Source of the DNA: Eledone cirrhosa
Taxonomy: Eukaryota
Assembly (NCBI GenBank): GCA_964016885.1
Contig: OZ024740.1
Span: forward strand, 206,026,001-206,090,000
Length of the DNA: 64,000 nucleotides
Reading direction: 5' to 3'
Below the pieces are notes generated by a model, which saw only the letters and a program-made list of their open reading frames with translations, did no database searches and was not told where the DNA came from. Numbering within the stretch: position 1 is the first letter of the stretch; each line of letters begins with the position of its first letter. Shown here in pieces: positions 63,510-64,000 of this stretch. The position numbers and the translations under genes are program-made.

Positions 63510-64000
63510 GTGAGTATTTTATCTTGGGGTTGTCACAGGTAAAACAACTGATTTATATTTCATCTTGGGGTTGTTACTACAACCACACAACTAGAGGTCA
63601 GTATTTTATCTTAGGTTGTAACAAAACAACTGATTTATCTCAACATCTAGAAATTATCATGGTTTGAGACTTTTGGAGAATTAGAGAGTTGTAATGATGG
63701 CAACATGACAAGAAGCACCCAGCCCACTCTGTAAAGTGGTCATATAGGTATCCCGACAAAAAGCACCCAGTACTCACTGTAAAGTGGTAGTGTATGAGAT
63801 ACAGCAAAAATTACCCAGCCCACACTGTAAAGTGATCCTGTAGGTGTCACGACAAAAAGCACCCAGTACTCACTGTAAATGAGGTTAGCGCTAGGAAGAG
63901 CATCCAGCTGTAGAAACCAAGCTAAAATCAGTTCTGTACGAGCAAGACATGGTCACCTGACCTGGCATTGCTCACAACAGGATAACCCATGCTAATGTGG

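Overview
This is AT-rich, repeat-dense eukaryotic genomic DNA, most likely from an octopod cephalopod (inferred from the SINE and microsatellite landscape). The whole window is the interior of one + strand gene, the sortilin-related receptor SorLA (SORL1/LR11). I traced 22 GT-AG exons with compatible phases. They encode the C-terminal VPS10P beta-propeller and 10CC region, the YWTD propeller, the EGF module and nine LDL-receptor class A (LA) repeats. The gene starts before the window and continues after it. Introns are filled with tRNA-derived SINEs, TTAA (piggyBac-type) and other MITEs, two non-autonomous Helitrons, fragments of mariner, Penelope, RTE and R4/Dong-like elements, and five minisatellites. 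The most notable observations are: (1) two frame-preserving candidate microexons, a 30-nt one in the VPS10P domain with downstream TGCATG motifs and a 24-nt one between LA repeats; (2) a tandem duplication of a two-LA-exon module whose two exon pairs have very different synonymous divergence; (3) a 10.8-kb 35-bp satellite derived from the Pol III A-box part of a SINE head, with higher-order structure; (4) a TIR element carrying a telomere-like array; (5) a 136-bp near-perfect palindrome. All coordinates were read by eye, and repeat boundaries are approximate.
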